Source of the DNA: Tetramitus jugosus
Lineage: Eukaryota; Protista; Heterolobosea
Reading direction: 5' to 3'
Assembly (NCBI GenBank): GCA_937625935.1
Contig: OW569350.1
Coordinates: 124,001 to 188,000, forward strand
Length of the DNA: 64,000 nucleotides
Shown: one piece after another, positions 10,325 to 24,900 of the stretch
Position numbering within the stretch: position 1 is the first letter of the stretch
Layout: every line of letters starts with the position of its first letter
Notes under the pieces: model-generated
What the model saw: only the letters and a program-made list of their open reading frames with translations
Databases searched by the model: none
Told to the model about the DNA's origin: nothing
Translations under genes and position numbers: made by a program

Positions 10325-10814
10325 TTCGGTTAGAGCTCGGAAAAGGATGTGTGTCAGAGAGAGAGAGCTTATTGTAAAATTAATAATAGTGTTTGTTTGT
10401 TGCTGATGTTTGTGACTTTCAAGGCTGTGGAAGAATTTCAGCACGCCTCGAGCAGTTTGATTTCAAGCACCCACACAGACAATTCGAATTCCAGCATCGG
10501 ATTCGTGGTGCCCAAAATCGATATATTTGTCCGTTTGAGCGATTTCATTGAACAACTCGCAATTTCAACCCTTCTAGAAGTTCTGTCCTTTTGATTCAAA
10601 TGAAGTGACATACCTAAGAGCCAATCATTGCCAGAAGACAAAAGATTCATCGGACTAAATCAATGTTTGTCCGCTGATTAGTTGAAGCACAAACAAAAAC
10701 TGTTTCTTTGATCAAAAGAAAAAAAATACAACAAAAAAAAATTCAAACACAACAAAACAATATCATTTTTATCGTCACAAATCATTCCAATTGTTTGGCA
10801 GTTCGTAATTAACC

Positions 10815-12460
10815 ATGCACGCTGGCAGCAAGAAAAATATTTGTTACTTTTATGATGGTGACGTTGGCAATTATTACTATGGCCAAGGTCACCCAATGAA
10901 ACCTCACAGAATCAAGATGACTCACAACTTGTTGCTCAATTATGGATTGTATAAGCACATGGAAGTTTATGTACGTTGTTCACTCATTTTTTTATATGAT
11001 TGTGTAAAATCAAACAACAAAAACTGACTTTTTTTTTGTGTGTCGCCTTTTTTTTTTGATAATCATCATGAACAGAGACCACACAGTGCAAGTGGAGTTG
11101 AAATGAGTAAATTTCACAGTGATGACTATGTTGATTTCTTGAAGAGAATTACTCCAGATAACATGCACGAATATCAACGTCAATTGTCTCGATGTATGTT
11201 GTTGTTGTTGTTGTTGGGTCATATGAGAGATTTTTTTTCTAAAGTGATGGATCCATCTCACACCTTTTATTTTTCTCTCTGTCTCTTTTTCTGTGATGAT
11301 TGATCAACAAATTGTGAATGAATTTTAGACAATGTGGGTGAAGATTGCCCAGTGTTTGATGGCTTGTTCGAATTTTGTCAAATTAGTGCAGGTGGAAGCA
11401 TTGGAGGTGCCATCAAATTGAATCACAATCAAGCTGATATTGCAATCAATTGGTCAGGTGGTCTTCATCATGCCAAGAAGTCTGAAGCATCGTATGTTGT
11501 TCTGCTCAAATTGTTCAAAATTTTTTTTACTTTTATGATAATGATTTACTAAACACATGCCATTTTACACTATATATTTACACACACACACACAGTGGTT
11601 TTTGTTATATTAATGATATCGTACTAGGTATTCTAGAGTTGCTCAAGTATCATGCACGTGTATTGTACATTGACATTGATATTCATCATGGTGACGGTGT
11701 AGAAGAAGCCTTTTATACGACTGATCGTGTCATGACAGTCTCCTTCCACAAATTTGGTGACTATTTCCCTGGTACGGGTGATATTAGAGATATCGGTGCT
11801 GGTGCAGGCAAGGGCTACGCCATCAATTTCCCTCTAAAGGACGGAATTGACGATGAAAACTATCAGAATATTTTTAGACCAGTGATCACAAAGGTGATGG
11901 AAGTGTTTAGACCAGGTGCCATTGTGTTGCAGTGCGGTGCGGATTCATTGGCTGGTGATCGACTCGGATGCTTCAATCTCTCGATTGAAGGACATGGAAA
12001 ATGTGTCGAATTTGTCAAGAATTTCAATGTGCCACTGTTGGTGCTGGGAGGAGGTGGTTATACGATTCGTAATGTTGCACGTTGTTGGACACATGAGACT
12101 AGTGTGTTGCTAGAGAAGCCAGTCGATACCAGTTTGCCCTACAATGATTACTTTGAGTATTTTGGACCAGATTTCTCACTCAATATTCCCACGAGCAACA
12201 TGGAGAACTTGAACACGAGTGAATACCTGGAGAAGAATAAGATCAAGTTGTTGGAAGTGTTGAGTGGAATTAAGGGTGCGCCTAGTGTTCAAATGCATGA
12301 TGTTCCACCTGATACTTATTACTTGTCGGAGGATGAAGCACTGGAGGATGAGGAAGAGGATCGGTATCCTGATGAGAGAGTCAGTATTCGTAATCTTGAT
12401 AAGAACAAGCAAAAGGATGCCGAATTCTATGAGGATGACTATGACAACTTTGGAGAGTAG
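10815..12460 (+). CDS. HDAC1: Class I histone deacetylase (Rpd3/HDAC1-2 type); 4 exons (10815-10970, 11076-11193, 11329-11491, 11596-12460)
   Basis: [36 protein letters not shown]|[38 protein letters not shown]. Three GT-AG introns restore the frame. Confidence 0.97.
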
Positions 12461-12586
12461 TAATCGCACAAATATACACAAACATGTACAATCTGTTATA
12501 AATTTGATATCATCACAATCTTTCTTATCTTGTTACTATTGACATATTGTTTTATTGTTTTTGAAAAGGAAAACACTTTGTTTTTT

Positions 12587-14422
12587 TTACACATAATGAT
12601 CTCTGACATTGGCACAGCAGAACAACTTCTTCCACAGAGGTACATCTGCACTGGACGAGTGTCTGGAAGTTGTTCCTCGAGCACCAGAGTTCTTGATGAG
12701 GAATGCATCTTCATCTCCATCATCGTCACTATCAGAGTACGACTCGCGGTCCACTGGAATATCGGTTGCATTGTCCTCTGTTTGCGACGTCTCCGTGTGT
12801 GATGCTTCAGAGGGTGGTGGCGTGCGCAGACTGTCTGCAAAGTATGCATCGAGCCTCGAGCGTCGAACAGAGCCAGAGTGCGGCCTCAAACTATTGGTTT
12901 TTGTTCCCTCTTGTTGTCTCAATCGTTCTTCTTCGATTCTCATGGCCACAGCCTTCAGATTTCTCTCGATACTAAAGTAGTCTTCACCGTCCTTTGTGTC
13001 CATACTGTCCGAATCAGTTGTTTCTCTCGTGTTGGCACTTGTCTCCAGTTCACTGAATCGACTGGTGGACTCTAGAATGAGACTGACTTGTTCGATTTGA
13101 GCTCTCACGAGTTCCTGTTGACGATTTCTCTCACTTTCATCATTAATGTCCACACTGTGTAAATCTTCACCGTTAAACTGATCAATCGTAGGTGTGATGG
13201 GACTTGCTTGATCAACCATAACGATCGAAGCGTTAGTGGTTGGGCTAATTGGGCTGATGGGTGACGTTGGAGTCGATATCGTCATTGTGATTCGTTCACG
13301 CCTCAAGCGCTCCTCTTGTAAAAACTTCCGTGATTCACTCAATAGACGATTCAATTCATCACAAAGCACCTTACTGTTATCACCACCATCACCACCACCA
13401 CCACCACCATCATTATTACTATTATTATTATTATTATTATTACTGTTACTACTGTTGCTATTGGATGATGAAGTGACATTGATAAAATCAGAATGGTATC
13501 GAATACTGTAGTGAGACAACATTTCAGACACTTTTGTTTCGTTGCGCTGATTCCGCAACGCATCACTCAACTCTCTCACAAATGATTTTGTCTTGTTTGT
13601 TCTCCACTGTTTCTCCAGTTGAACAATCATTTGATCATTCAAGCATCCATTTTGGTTATTGTTGTTATTGTGATGATGATTGTGTCGACAAAAAACTTGC
13701 CATTGTTCACTTGTTTCAATCGGTTGTTGTGACAAGGACGAGAGAACTTGTTGTTGTTTGGATGCGATGGAACGAATCTCTTGAACAAGACTTTGAATCT
13801 CATTATTATTATTGTTATTGATATTATTATTATTATTGTTGTTGGTAGTATTGTTGTTGTTGGTGGTATTGTTGGTGGTATTGTTGTTGGTAGTGGTCAA
13901 GTATGGAGAGCATTGTTGCATGAGAGTACTGGATTCAAATTGAGCCATGACATTGACATCCAACTGTTGGATAATGGTTGATAGTTGATGACAGAGTTTT
14001 TGTTTTTCATCATCATCATTTTTTGTATCTTGATTATTATTGTTATTGTTATTGTGATGATGATGAATAGCTTCAGAGTGATCCATATCTTCATCTTCAC
14101 TGCCATAACTCTCCAATACACTCTCAGTATCAGCTATCACAGTCAACAACTCTTCTTCATGTTGTTGATGTTGTGATGATGACTGTTGTTGTTGTTGTTG
14201 TTGTTTTTTTGATGATGATGATTGTTTTTGTATTTTTTCAGTCGTGGTGTGACTCGTATTGGTGTTGGTTGAGCCAAGGTCAGTTGTGCTGGCAGTGTCT
14301 TCGTCCATTGTGGTGAAAATGATTGGTTCTTCTACTGGTTCATTATTATGATTGTTATTATGATTATTCTTCTTTTTTGATGCTTTGCCCTTGATAGCAA
14401 CACCCTTTTTGTTGTTTGTCAT
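12587..14422 (-). CDS. Hypothetical low-complexity/coiled-coil protein, 611 aa, with C-terminal WKKLFCC motif
   Basis: Long ATG-initiated ORF with poly-N/Q/H/G tracts and helical segments. No family recognised. Confidence 0.75.
   Translation of the reverse strand: MTNNKKGVAIKGKASKKKNNHNNNHNNEPVEEPIIFTTMDEDTASTTDLGSTNTNTSHTTTEKIQKQSSSSKKQQQQQQQSSSQHQQHEEELLTVIADTESVLESYGSEDEDMDHSEAIHHHHNNNNNNNQDTKNDDDEKQKLCHQLSTIIQQLDVNVMAQFESSTLMQQCSPYLTTTNNNTTNNTTNNNNTTNNNNNNNINNNNNNEIQSLVQEIRSIASKQQQVLSSLSQQPIETSEQWQVFCRHNHHHNNNNNQNGCLNDQMIVQLEKQWRTNKTKSFVRELSDALRNQRNETKVSEMLSHYSIRYHSDFINVTSSSNSNSSNSNNNNNNNSNNDGGGGGGDGGDNSKVLCDELNRLLSESRKFLQEERLRRERITMTISTPTSPISPISPTTNASIVMVDQASPITPTIDQFNGEDLHSVDINDESERNRQQELVRAQIEQVSLILESTSRFSELETSANTRETTDSDSMDTKDGEDYFSIERNLKAVAMRIEEERLRQQEGTKTNSLRPHSGSVRRSRLDAYFADSLRTPPPSEASHTETSQTEDNATDIPVDRESYSDSDDDGDEDAFLIKNSGARGTTSRHSSSADVPLWKKLFCCANVRDHYV
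13381..13890. repeat. Coding trinucleotide microsatellites ((CAC)n, (TAT)n, (TTG)n) giving poly-G/N/T tracts
   Basis: Visible runs at about 13381-13443 and 13801-13890. Confidence 0.8.
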
Positions 14423-14894
14423 CTTGTTACTATTTATCCGATATGGTATTTTTCCCCGTGTAGGTAGTAGTAGTGGATGGAGGTGTTATGTGATTGGTGT
14501 TTGCTATTGGAAGGAATAGTGGGAATAGTGGGAGTAGTAGTCGTAGTTTGTTGCGAAGAATGTCACGTCAACTGAAAAAAAATTGTTTTTTTTTTTGCAA
14601 TTGTAGGTGTAGCTCTTTTGGAGTATGAGTGATGATGTGTGCACGTACTGTGTGTGAGAAGGTAGTACTATTCAGGTGGGGGATGATGGTGTTGTTTATG
14701 TGTATCTCAAGAGTGAGTCTGCTGTTGTGCTGCCACAGAAATTTTGTTTGTTTTGTTTTGATGTCGGGATGTTGGGGAGTTGGTTCCTTCGCCCGGAGAA
14801 AATAAACCACAAAAGTGACATGTGGTTGTCAATAGGGTGGAAACACATACTAGATTGTGTTTGTGGTATGCACGGTGCATTGTGGGGGAACGTT

Positions 14895-17147
<2,253 letters not shown>

Positions 17148-17349
17148 TCAGCGTGTGTGAATTTGTGGGCTTTCACAAACTCATTGAACAATCAACGAGA
17201 CACGCGGAGTAATGACAAAGAAATGAAGTGGAACTTCTGAACCGAACTCGCAAGAGATCGTCCAAAAAAAATCCGCCAAAAAACAGCAAGAAAAAAACAA
17301 ACAAAAAACACACTTGTAGCTGTAATCATCACCCATTCCCACAGTCAAT

Positions 17350-18855
17350 ATGGAACAATTCGTCAATGCAATTCTAGAGTACTCTAGAAAGGAATCCGAC
17401 CATGATTACTTGATTAAGCTCATGGAAAACAACATGGACAAATTGCGTAGTGTCGTCAACCATGTTGGATCAGCTCTGAAAACTCTGAACGCCAAGCACC
17501 ATTCCATTGGTATTGTATACTTATTGTATGTAATTCACATAACACACATCAAGACGAGAGCTCTCTATTTTTTTTAAGCTGTTTTTTTTCAATTCAAATA
17601 TTTGATGTGCTCTTGCTGACACAAGAATGTGACGTCTCAATGAATAGATTGGCAAGAGCAAAATTGCCACAGGTTGATGAGGAGTTTTTGATGTTGGTTG
17701 AACAATTTTTGTTGACATTGGACGGTCCACAAACAAGAAAAGTGGCAAACAGATGTATGGCATATATATTGTTTTTTTTCTGTCTCGATTGAGAATGATT
17801 GTGGAGTTGACACCCAACTTTTTTTTGACCACCAAACAGTCTGTCAAGTCGTTCACCGCTACTCCCAAGTGTGTCTCGAAAATAATTTGTCCATGAAGGC
17901 ACTCAGATACTTGCTGACTGGTATTGAACGATTCCGTCTCAACTCTGAATATTTGACCCCATTGCACCAAGAGTATTTGTGCTTGTGCTTGAAGGCCAAG
18001 AACTACAAGGCAGGCTTCGATTTGATTGAGACACAAATTTTCGATATTGATCCAACCATCACTGGTCTGACACCACGTGATATGCTCTTGTATTACTATT
18101 ATGGTGGTATGGTGTACATTGGCGTCAAGCAGTACACTAAGTCCCTTGATTTCTTCAACAATGCATTGACTGTGCCAGCATATGCACTCAGTGCTATCAT
18201 GGTCGAATGTTTCAAGAAGTTTGTCCTCGTAAGTTTGTTGGTCCACGGTAAATTCTTGGGAATATCAAAGAATGCTACTCAATTGGTGCACAGACACATG
18301 AAGACATTCTGCTCTCAATACATTGACTTTGCAAATGCCTTCGCTTCCAATGATAATGGAAAGGTCAAGGAAATTGTAGATAAGAATCAAGACTTGTTCC
18401 AAAAGGACAATAACTATGGTCTCGTTAAGCAATGCATGTCTTCTCTCTACACAAGAAACATTCAAAGATTGACTGCCACTTTCATGACTCTGTCACTCAA
18501 CGATATTGCCAAGATGGTCAATTTACCAAACGGAAAAGCTGCTGAGAGCATCTTGTTGCGCATGATTGAAAACGGAGAGATTAACGCTGTGATTAATCAG
18601 AAGGATGGAATGGTTTCATTTGAGGAGGATGTTTATCCATTCAATCACCCTCAAACAACCAGTTCACTCGATACCAGAATTCAAAGAAGTGTTGAGCTTT
18701 CCAAGAGATTGAAGTCCATTGACGAGAATATTTCTTCTTCGACCACCTATGTCGCCAGACTATATGGTCTCAAAGATGACATGATCATGGACATGGATGA
18801 CAAGGGCAGTCGAATGATGCAAAGTGTCAGCAAGTTATTCGGCATGTGGAGATAA
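17350..18855 (+). CDS. COPS3: COP9 signalosome subunit 3; 3 exons (17350-17525, 17648-17754, 17840-18855)
   Basis: LTPLH..LCLCLKAK.Y, LLYYYYGGMVY, SAIMVECFKKFVLVSLL, D.NYGLVKQ, NIQRLTATFMTLSL, and the PCI domain INQKDGMVSF. Confidence 0.93.
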
Positions 18856-18971
18856 GACAACTCGCTGCAACAAAATAAATGTTTCTTTTGGCGCCAATTT
18901 TATGCACTTGCCTCATCTACAAACTTGCTTGAATTTTTGAATCTTCGAAGGTGTTGAACAAACAACCACAA

Positions 18972-21900
18972 ATGTTTCAGTCTTCTCGCGAGAGTCCAAA
19001 GAAGTTGATGGCTCCTGAAGAGCTGTCAAGGATTAGTGAAGCTGGACAGCTGGATAAGCTGTTAAAATCGAGGCTGTACTCCCAATCAAAGGCTTCCAAT
19101 CAGAACAAACTGACACCTTCACCTCTTTCCATTGTCCAGTCAGGTTCGAAAAGAAAATTAGGTGGATTATCAACAGTTACGAACAGTACAACCAAAGGGA
19201 GTAAGGTACTATCAGATTCTCGTTTTGTTCTTCCTTGTGCGTTCCACTTATTCAAATTTTCACTAAATGATAGGAGAAGACAAATAGCAATGGAGAGAGG
19301 TTACCGACACCTCCTTTAAAGAAAACTAGACATAACGATCCAGATCTAGATGCGATTCCCAATCGAACAAATCAGTTGACAAGAGAAGAGTTCGTCAATA
19401 TACCACGATCTACAGTTTCGAATGGCAAAGGACATGTTAAACTGAAGCCAATATCAGAGTTCATTGCCAACCAAAAAGCAAACGATAACAATGATGATGA
19501 CCAGATCGAAGTGGATGACAGTTACAAGAGAAGTCCATTCTACTTCTTGGATCGTATCAAGCGAGGGAAGAAGGAGGACGGTTTCATCTATCTAAGAAGA
19601 TTGATCGACAGTGACGTGACTCCATACAATCCATATTATCTAGAACGTGTTCCTCATGCATCGATAGACAAGTTTGATTACTATACTATGAGTGCTAAGG
19701 GTGTGACTCACTTTAGGAATGGAGAAGCAGGTATGTTTCCATGTAACAAAAAATCATTCATGAAACATTCGAGCAAACACTCATTTCAATCAATCTATGA
19801 GCAGATTTTACAAACTTGGATCAGTGGGTTGTCGAACATGACATCTTTCACAAGATTATGACCATCAATTTTTTCAAGAGATTCCGTGTTTGGAAGGTGT
19901 TCTATTTCATCAGGAAAAGAGTTGTGGAAAAAAGAGCGACAAGAGCAACAAACAACTTGTTGAAATCACTTTATCACTTGAATGATGAGTTATCAGAACC
20001 TTTGCACAAGATTCGTCTCTTGTGTTTACAAATATCCAAACTTTCATTCTTCCATGACAATGGATCACAAATCCTGACTCTGGACGAGTTTGTCAAAATG
20101 CAAGAGATGCAAAATGCAAAAACAAAAGAACAATTGAGTGATTTATGCACCGAAATTACTGATATCGTACTGGAGGCTTGTAAACGGGCATTGATTGTTG
20201 CTGGATTCGGGGACAAGTTCAAGGATGTAAATGAAATTCATGATTTTAACGCTGAGCCAACTGCTGCAGAACGGATAGAAGGTGCTAAATCTTTCTCTAA
20301 CATGCTAAGGAGTGCTCATCTGGCAAGTTTACAGGATGATCAACCATATCAAATGAGTTATACCGAGTTATCTCAAAAGAGAGCCGAATGTAAGCGGTTG
20401 ATGAATTTTATTCGATTGGCTGATTATTTGATATCGGATGCTGTCTTGTTATTGAACCAACGCTCTGTTAGCTCTTTATTGGAGAAAATTAATACTCTTG
20501 CTCAAAACAATGATGTGGATGTCGATGAAGAAGAATTGGCATCCATTGGACTGACCATAGGATCAGATCAGGACCATACTGTGCCCCTATTTAAAACTGA
20601 GATTATTCTGAAGGAAAAGTCGTTATTTATTATCCCTTCCAGAACACATTTCGAAAAGAAGACAGAAAAAGTTATCAATGGATTTTTAGAAGCAATCAGA
20701 GTCGAGAAGCTCCTAAAGAAGAGAAAAGTATTTGCAGAGTTTTTGGACCCAGTGTTAAATGACCGAGGAGACGAGATAAAATTAGGAGATGGCCCTAATG
20801 TGGAGGAGTGGGCATGCAGAGAGGAGTCGTACAAACATTTACGGATTAATATCAAAGAGACTCTAACGGCTTCATTTCATGAGGTTGAAGAGTATGCAGC
20901 CACTTTTGAACCACTAAAGATGATGTATTTAGAAAATGAGAGAATGGATATTGAGAGTATCAGACAACAAGACCCACCTCTAGATTTCTTCCGCGAAGAA
21001 CTTCAGAAGTTCAAGAAACAGATAGAACATGTAAATGAGATGAAGGTTTTGAGATACAAAGGGATTTTCCATGTGGATAGCAAGAAATTAAAGGCTCTAT
21101 TTCAACCATCCCCTCAACATTGCAAGCAGCAACTCCATAAACTCTTACCAGAGATTGCAAAAGATAAGAATGACGCATTGTATCGAGATTTGGATTCAGC
21201 TGTGAAGGAGCTCCAATCACATCCTTCCTCTTTAGAGATTTTTGTCAAGTACTTAAACTTTATTGCTCGGATATCATCTGAACTTGAGTCTCTAGAAGAT
21301 CGGTTTAAAAATGTATCAGATATCTATCAGCTCATGGAGGAGGAAAAAATCGAAGTAAATTCAAAGGACAAAGATAGTTTCGCCAATGGAACAGTGTCCA
21401 AAATGGTAACACTAAGACATGCCATTGGAATAGCGGAGGAAACACGAGAGGAAAAGATTGAAAAATTCTCTCAAGATATTAGCCGAAAGTTTAAGGACTT
21501 AAGAAACGAGGTTCAGGAGATTCAAGAGAGATCTCGCGAGAAAATCGTGTCCGACATTGATGCAAAAGTATCTGATGTGATTGAGTACATGCAGGAGCTG
21601 AAGAGCGGTGTTGATCGCATTCGTCAGCGAGCTAAAGAGCTAGCTGGATTTCAAGAAATATTCAAAACTGAACCAGAAGGTATAGCAGAATTGGAGGATG
21701 TGAATCGGGAGGTGGAGCTAAAGTTACGATTATGGTCATCTTTGAATTCATGGCATGAAGAAACAGAGAGATGGAAGGTTTGGGAATTTGTTGATGCTGA
21801 TGCCAAAGATATTCAAAACACTGTCGATAAGTACACAGGTATCGCACTACAGGTACAGAAGGGTCTTCCAGATAATCCTGTAGTCCCTCGTCTCACAGAT

Positions 21901-24900
21901 ATGGTGGATGAGTGGAAAATATTCTTACCAACAGTTCATAGCTTGAAGAATCCTGCTCTGCAAAAGAGACATTGGAGAATTATAGATAATGTGTTAGGAA
22001 AGCCGTTGTATAATAGTAAATCTTTTACACTTGGAGAGTTGCTCGAGATAACTGATGCTGAGAAAACATTTAAGATAGAGGATGAGTCATCCCAGGCATC
22101 GAACGAGCAAGCACTCGAAGAACTATTGAGGACTGTCAAAGAAAATTGGCACAACATCAATTTTGAATTTACGCCACACAAAGATTTGCATATCATTGCT
22201 TCTGTTGATGATATAATAACGCAGCTAGAGGATGATAGAATTACAGTAGCCACTATTCTCAGCTCTAGATTTGTGACAGCTATTAAGGCAGATGTAGAAA
22301 CCTGGGAGCAGACTCTTAGATTGATGTTTGATACTATTCATGAGTTAATAACATGTCAAACGAAGTGGTTGTATCTCGAGAATGTATTTTCTGCTCCTGA
22401 TATTTCTTATCAGCTGAAAGATGATTTTAAACTCTTTTCTTCTGTTGATAGATTTTTCAAAGACACGATGAAGGTTGCGCTGACAACGAAAAAGGTTAGA
22501 GCAACTACAACCCAACCTGGGCTCTTTGAAAAGTTAAAGGTGCATAATACACATCTAGCCAAGATTGAAAAGAGTTTAGAAGATTATCTGCAGACAAAGC
22601 GAAATGCTTTTCCAAGATTCTACTTCTTGTCCAATGCTGATTTGTTGGACATCCTATCGCAGACAAAGAATCCTCAAGCTGTACAACCTCATTTGGCCAA
22701 TTGCTTTGAAGGAATTAGTCGTTTAGAGTTCGAAGGAGGTTCGTGGATAGCTGCTATGCTTTCAAAGGACGGTGAGCGTGTACAATTCACTCCAAAGTTT
22801 CGAGTTCGTACTTCAGTTGAGGAATGGTTGAATGAAGTCGAGAAAAATATGAGAAAAGCACTGAACCAATTAACTGGGAAAGCAATAGAAGACTATGCAG
22901 TTCAAAACAGGGAAACTTGGATTTTGACACATCATACACAAATAGTTCAAACGGTATCACAAATATTCTGGACTCAAGATGTCACTCGTTGTTTAACATC
23001 AGAGAACTCAAGGAAAGAATTGCGCGAATACTTTAAAACTTTAGAATCAAACATGACACAACTAGCGACAATGACACGACAGAAACTGACTTCATTGGAG
23101 AGAAAAGCAGTAGGATCATTGATTATCATTGAGGTTCACTCGAGAGATGTTGTGGATGCCATGATTCAAGAAGGTGTTTCTCAAGTTTCAGATTTTGGAT
23201 TTATGAAACAATTGAGATACTATTGGGATAAAAATCGCTGTGTAGTTCGACAGTCCAACTCTGAGTTTGAATATGGAAATGAGTATCTTGGCACTCAGTC
23301 AAGATTGGTCATTACTCCACTGACAGATCGAGTTTATATGACACTCACTGGAGCCTTGCATCTCAATCTCGGAGGTGCTCCAGCAGGTCCTGCAGGCACA
23401 GGCAAGACAGAAACAGTCAAAGACTTGGCAAAAGCACTGGCCTATCCTTGTATTGTGTATAATTGTTCTGATGGTGTCACATATGAGATGATGTACAAAT
23501 TCTTTAGCGGCATAGTTCAAGTTGGTGCTTGGGCATGCTTTGATGAGTTCAACCGTATCAATATCGAAGTGCTGTCTGTTATTGCGACTCAACTGTCTAC
23601 GATTCAAGACGCGTTGAAAGCACGCAAGAAGACATTCTTTTTGCAAGATGAGAAGGAAATACGAATAATTGAGACTTGTGGTGTATTCATTACAATGAAT
23701 CCGGGTTATGCAGGTAGAACTGAGCTTCCAGATAATTTGAAGGCTTTGTTTAGACCAGTTGCAGTAATGACACCTGATTTCAGACTAATTGCCGAGGTGA
23801 TTCTCTTTTCCGAAGGATATGAGAGCGCAAGAAATCTATCTCGTAAGATGACACAACTCTACAAGTTGTCAAACGAGCAGCTCTCTTCACAGGATCACTA
23901 TGATTTTGGTATGAGAGCCCTCAAGTCTGTTCTTGTGATGGCAGGTGATTTGAAAAGAGCAAATCCGAACCAACAAGAAGAAATAACATTGATGAAGGCT
24001 ATGAAGGACAGCAATATTCCAAAGTTTGTGAAGGAGGATGTGGAACTTTTCGAGGGCATCGTATCCGATTTATTCCCAAAGATTGAAGCTCCAAAGATTG
24101 ACTTTGAAGAGCTGAAACTGGCCATCGAAAAGGGACTAACACTCGAAGGGCTAGAACCAGTTCCCAAGTTTGTCACTAAGATTTTACAATTGTTTGATAC
24201 TCTTATTGTGAGACATGGTGTGATGCTTGTTGGTCCGACAGGTTCAGGAAAGACGGTGAATCGTACAGTGTTATCGCACACGTTGTCTCGGTTAGCCGAA
24301 GAATCCACCACGATTCATGATCACTTCAAAAAGGTGAAAGAATACACATTGAATCCAAAGAGTATTACCTACGGTGATTTGTATGGTGTGTTTAATATTA
24401 ATACTCATGAATGGTTCAATGGTCTCATTCCACACTTTGCTCATAAAGCAAAAGGAGATCGAACTAATTGCAGAAAATGGATCATTTTCGATGGTCCAGT
24501 TGATACTTTGTGGATTGAAAGTATGAATTCGGTATTGGATGATAGTCGCCTGCTATGTCTCGATAATGCCGAACGTATCCAACTCGATGAAACAATCACC
24601 TTCATGTTCGAGGTTCAAGATTTGGCAGTTGCGTCACCTGCGACAGTTTCTCGCTGTGGTATGGTGTATATGGATACAGATGATCTTGGATGGCATCCAT
24701 ATGCAACTGCTTGGATCAAAAATTCTTTGCCTTCCATATTCAAAGCAGATCACAAAGAGTACCTATCAACACTATTCAATGAATACATTCCATTGGCTCT
24801 AAACTTTGTTCGGACAAACTGCAGAGAAGATATTCGAACAGTTGATCTCAATCTGGTGACAAGTTTGTGCGACTTTTTCATCGCCATTGTAGAACAGGAG

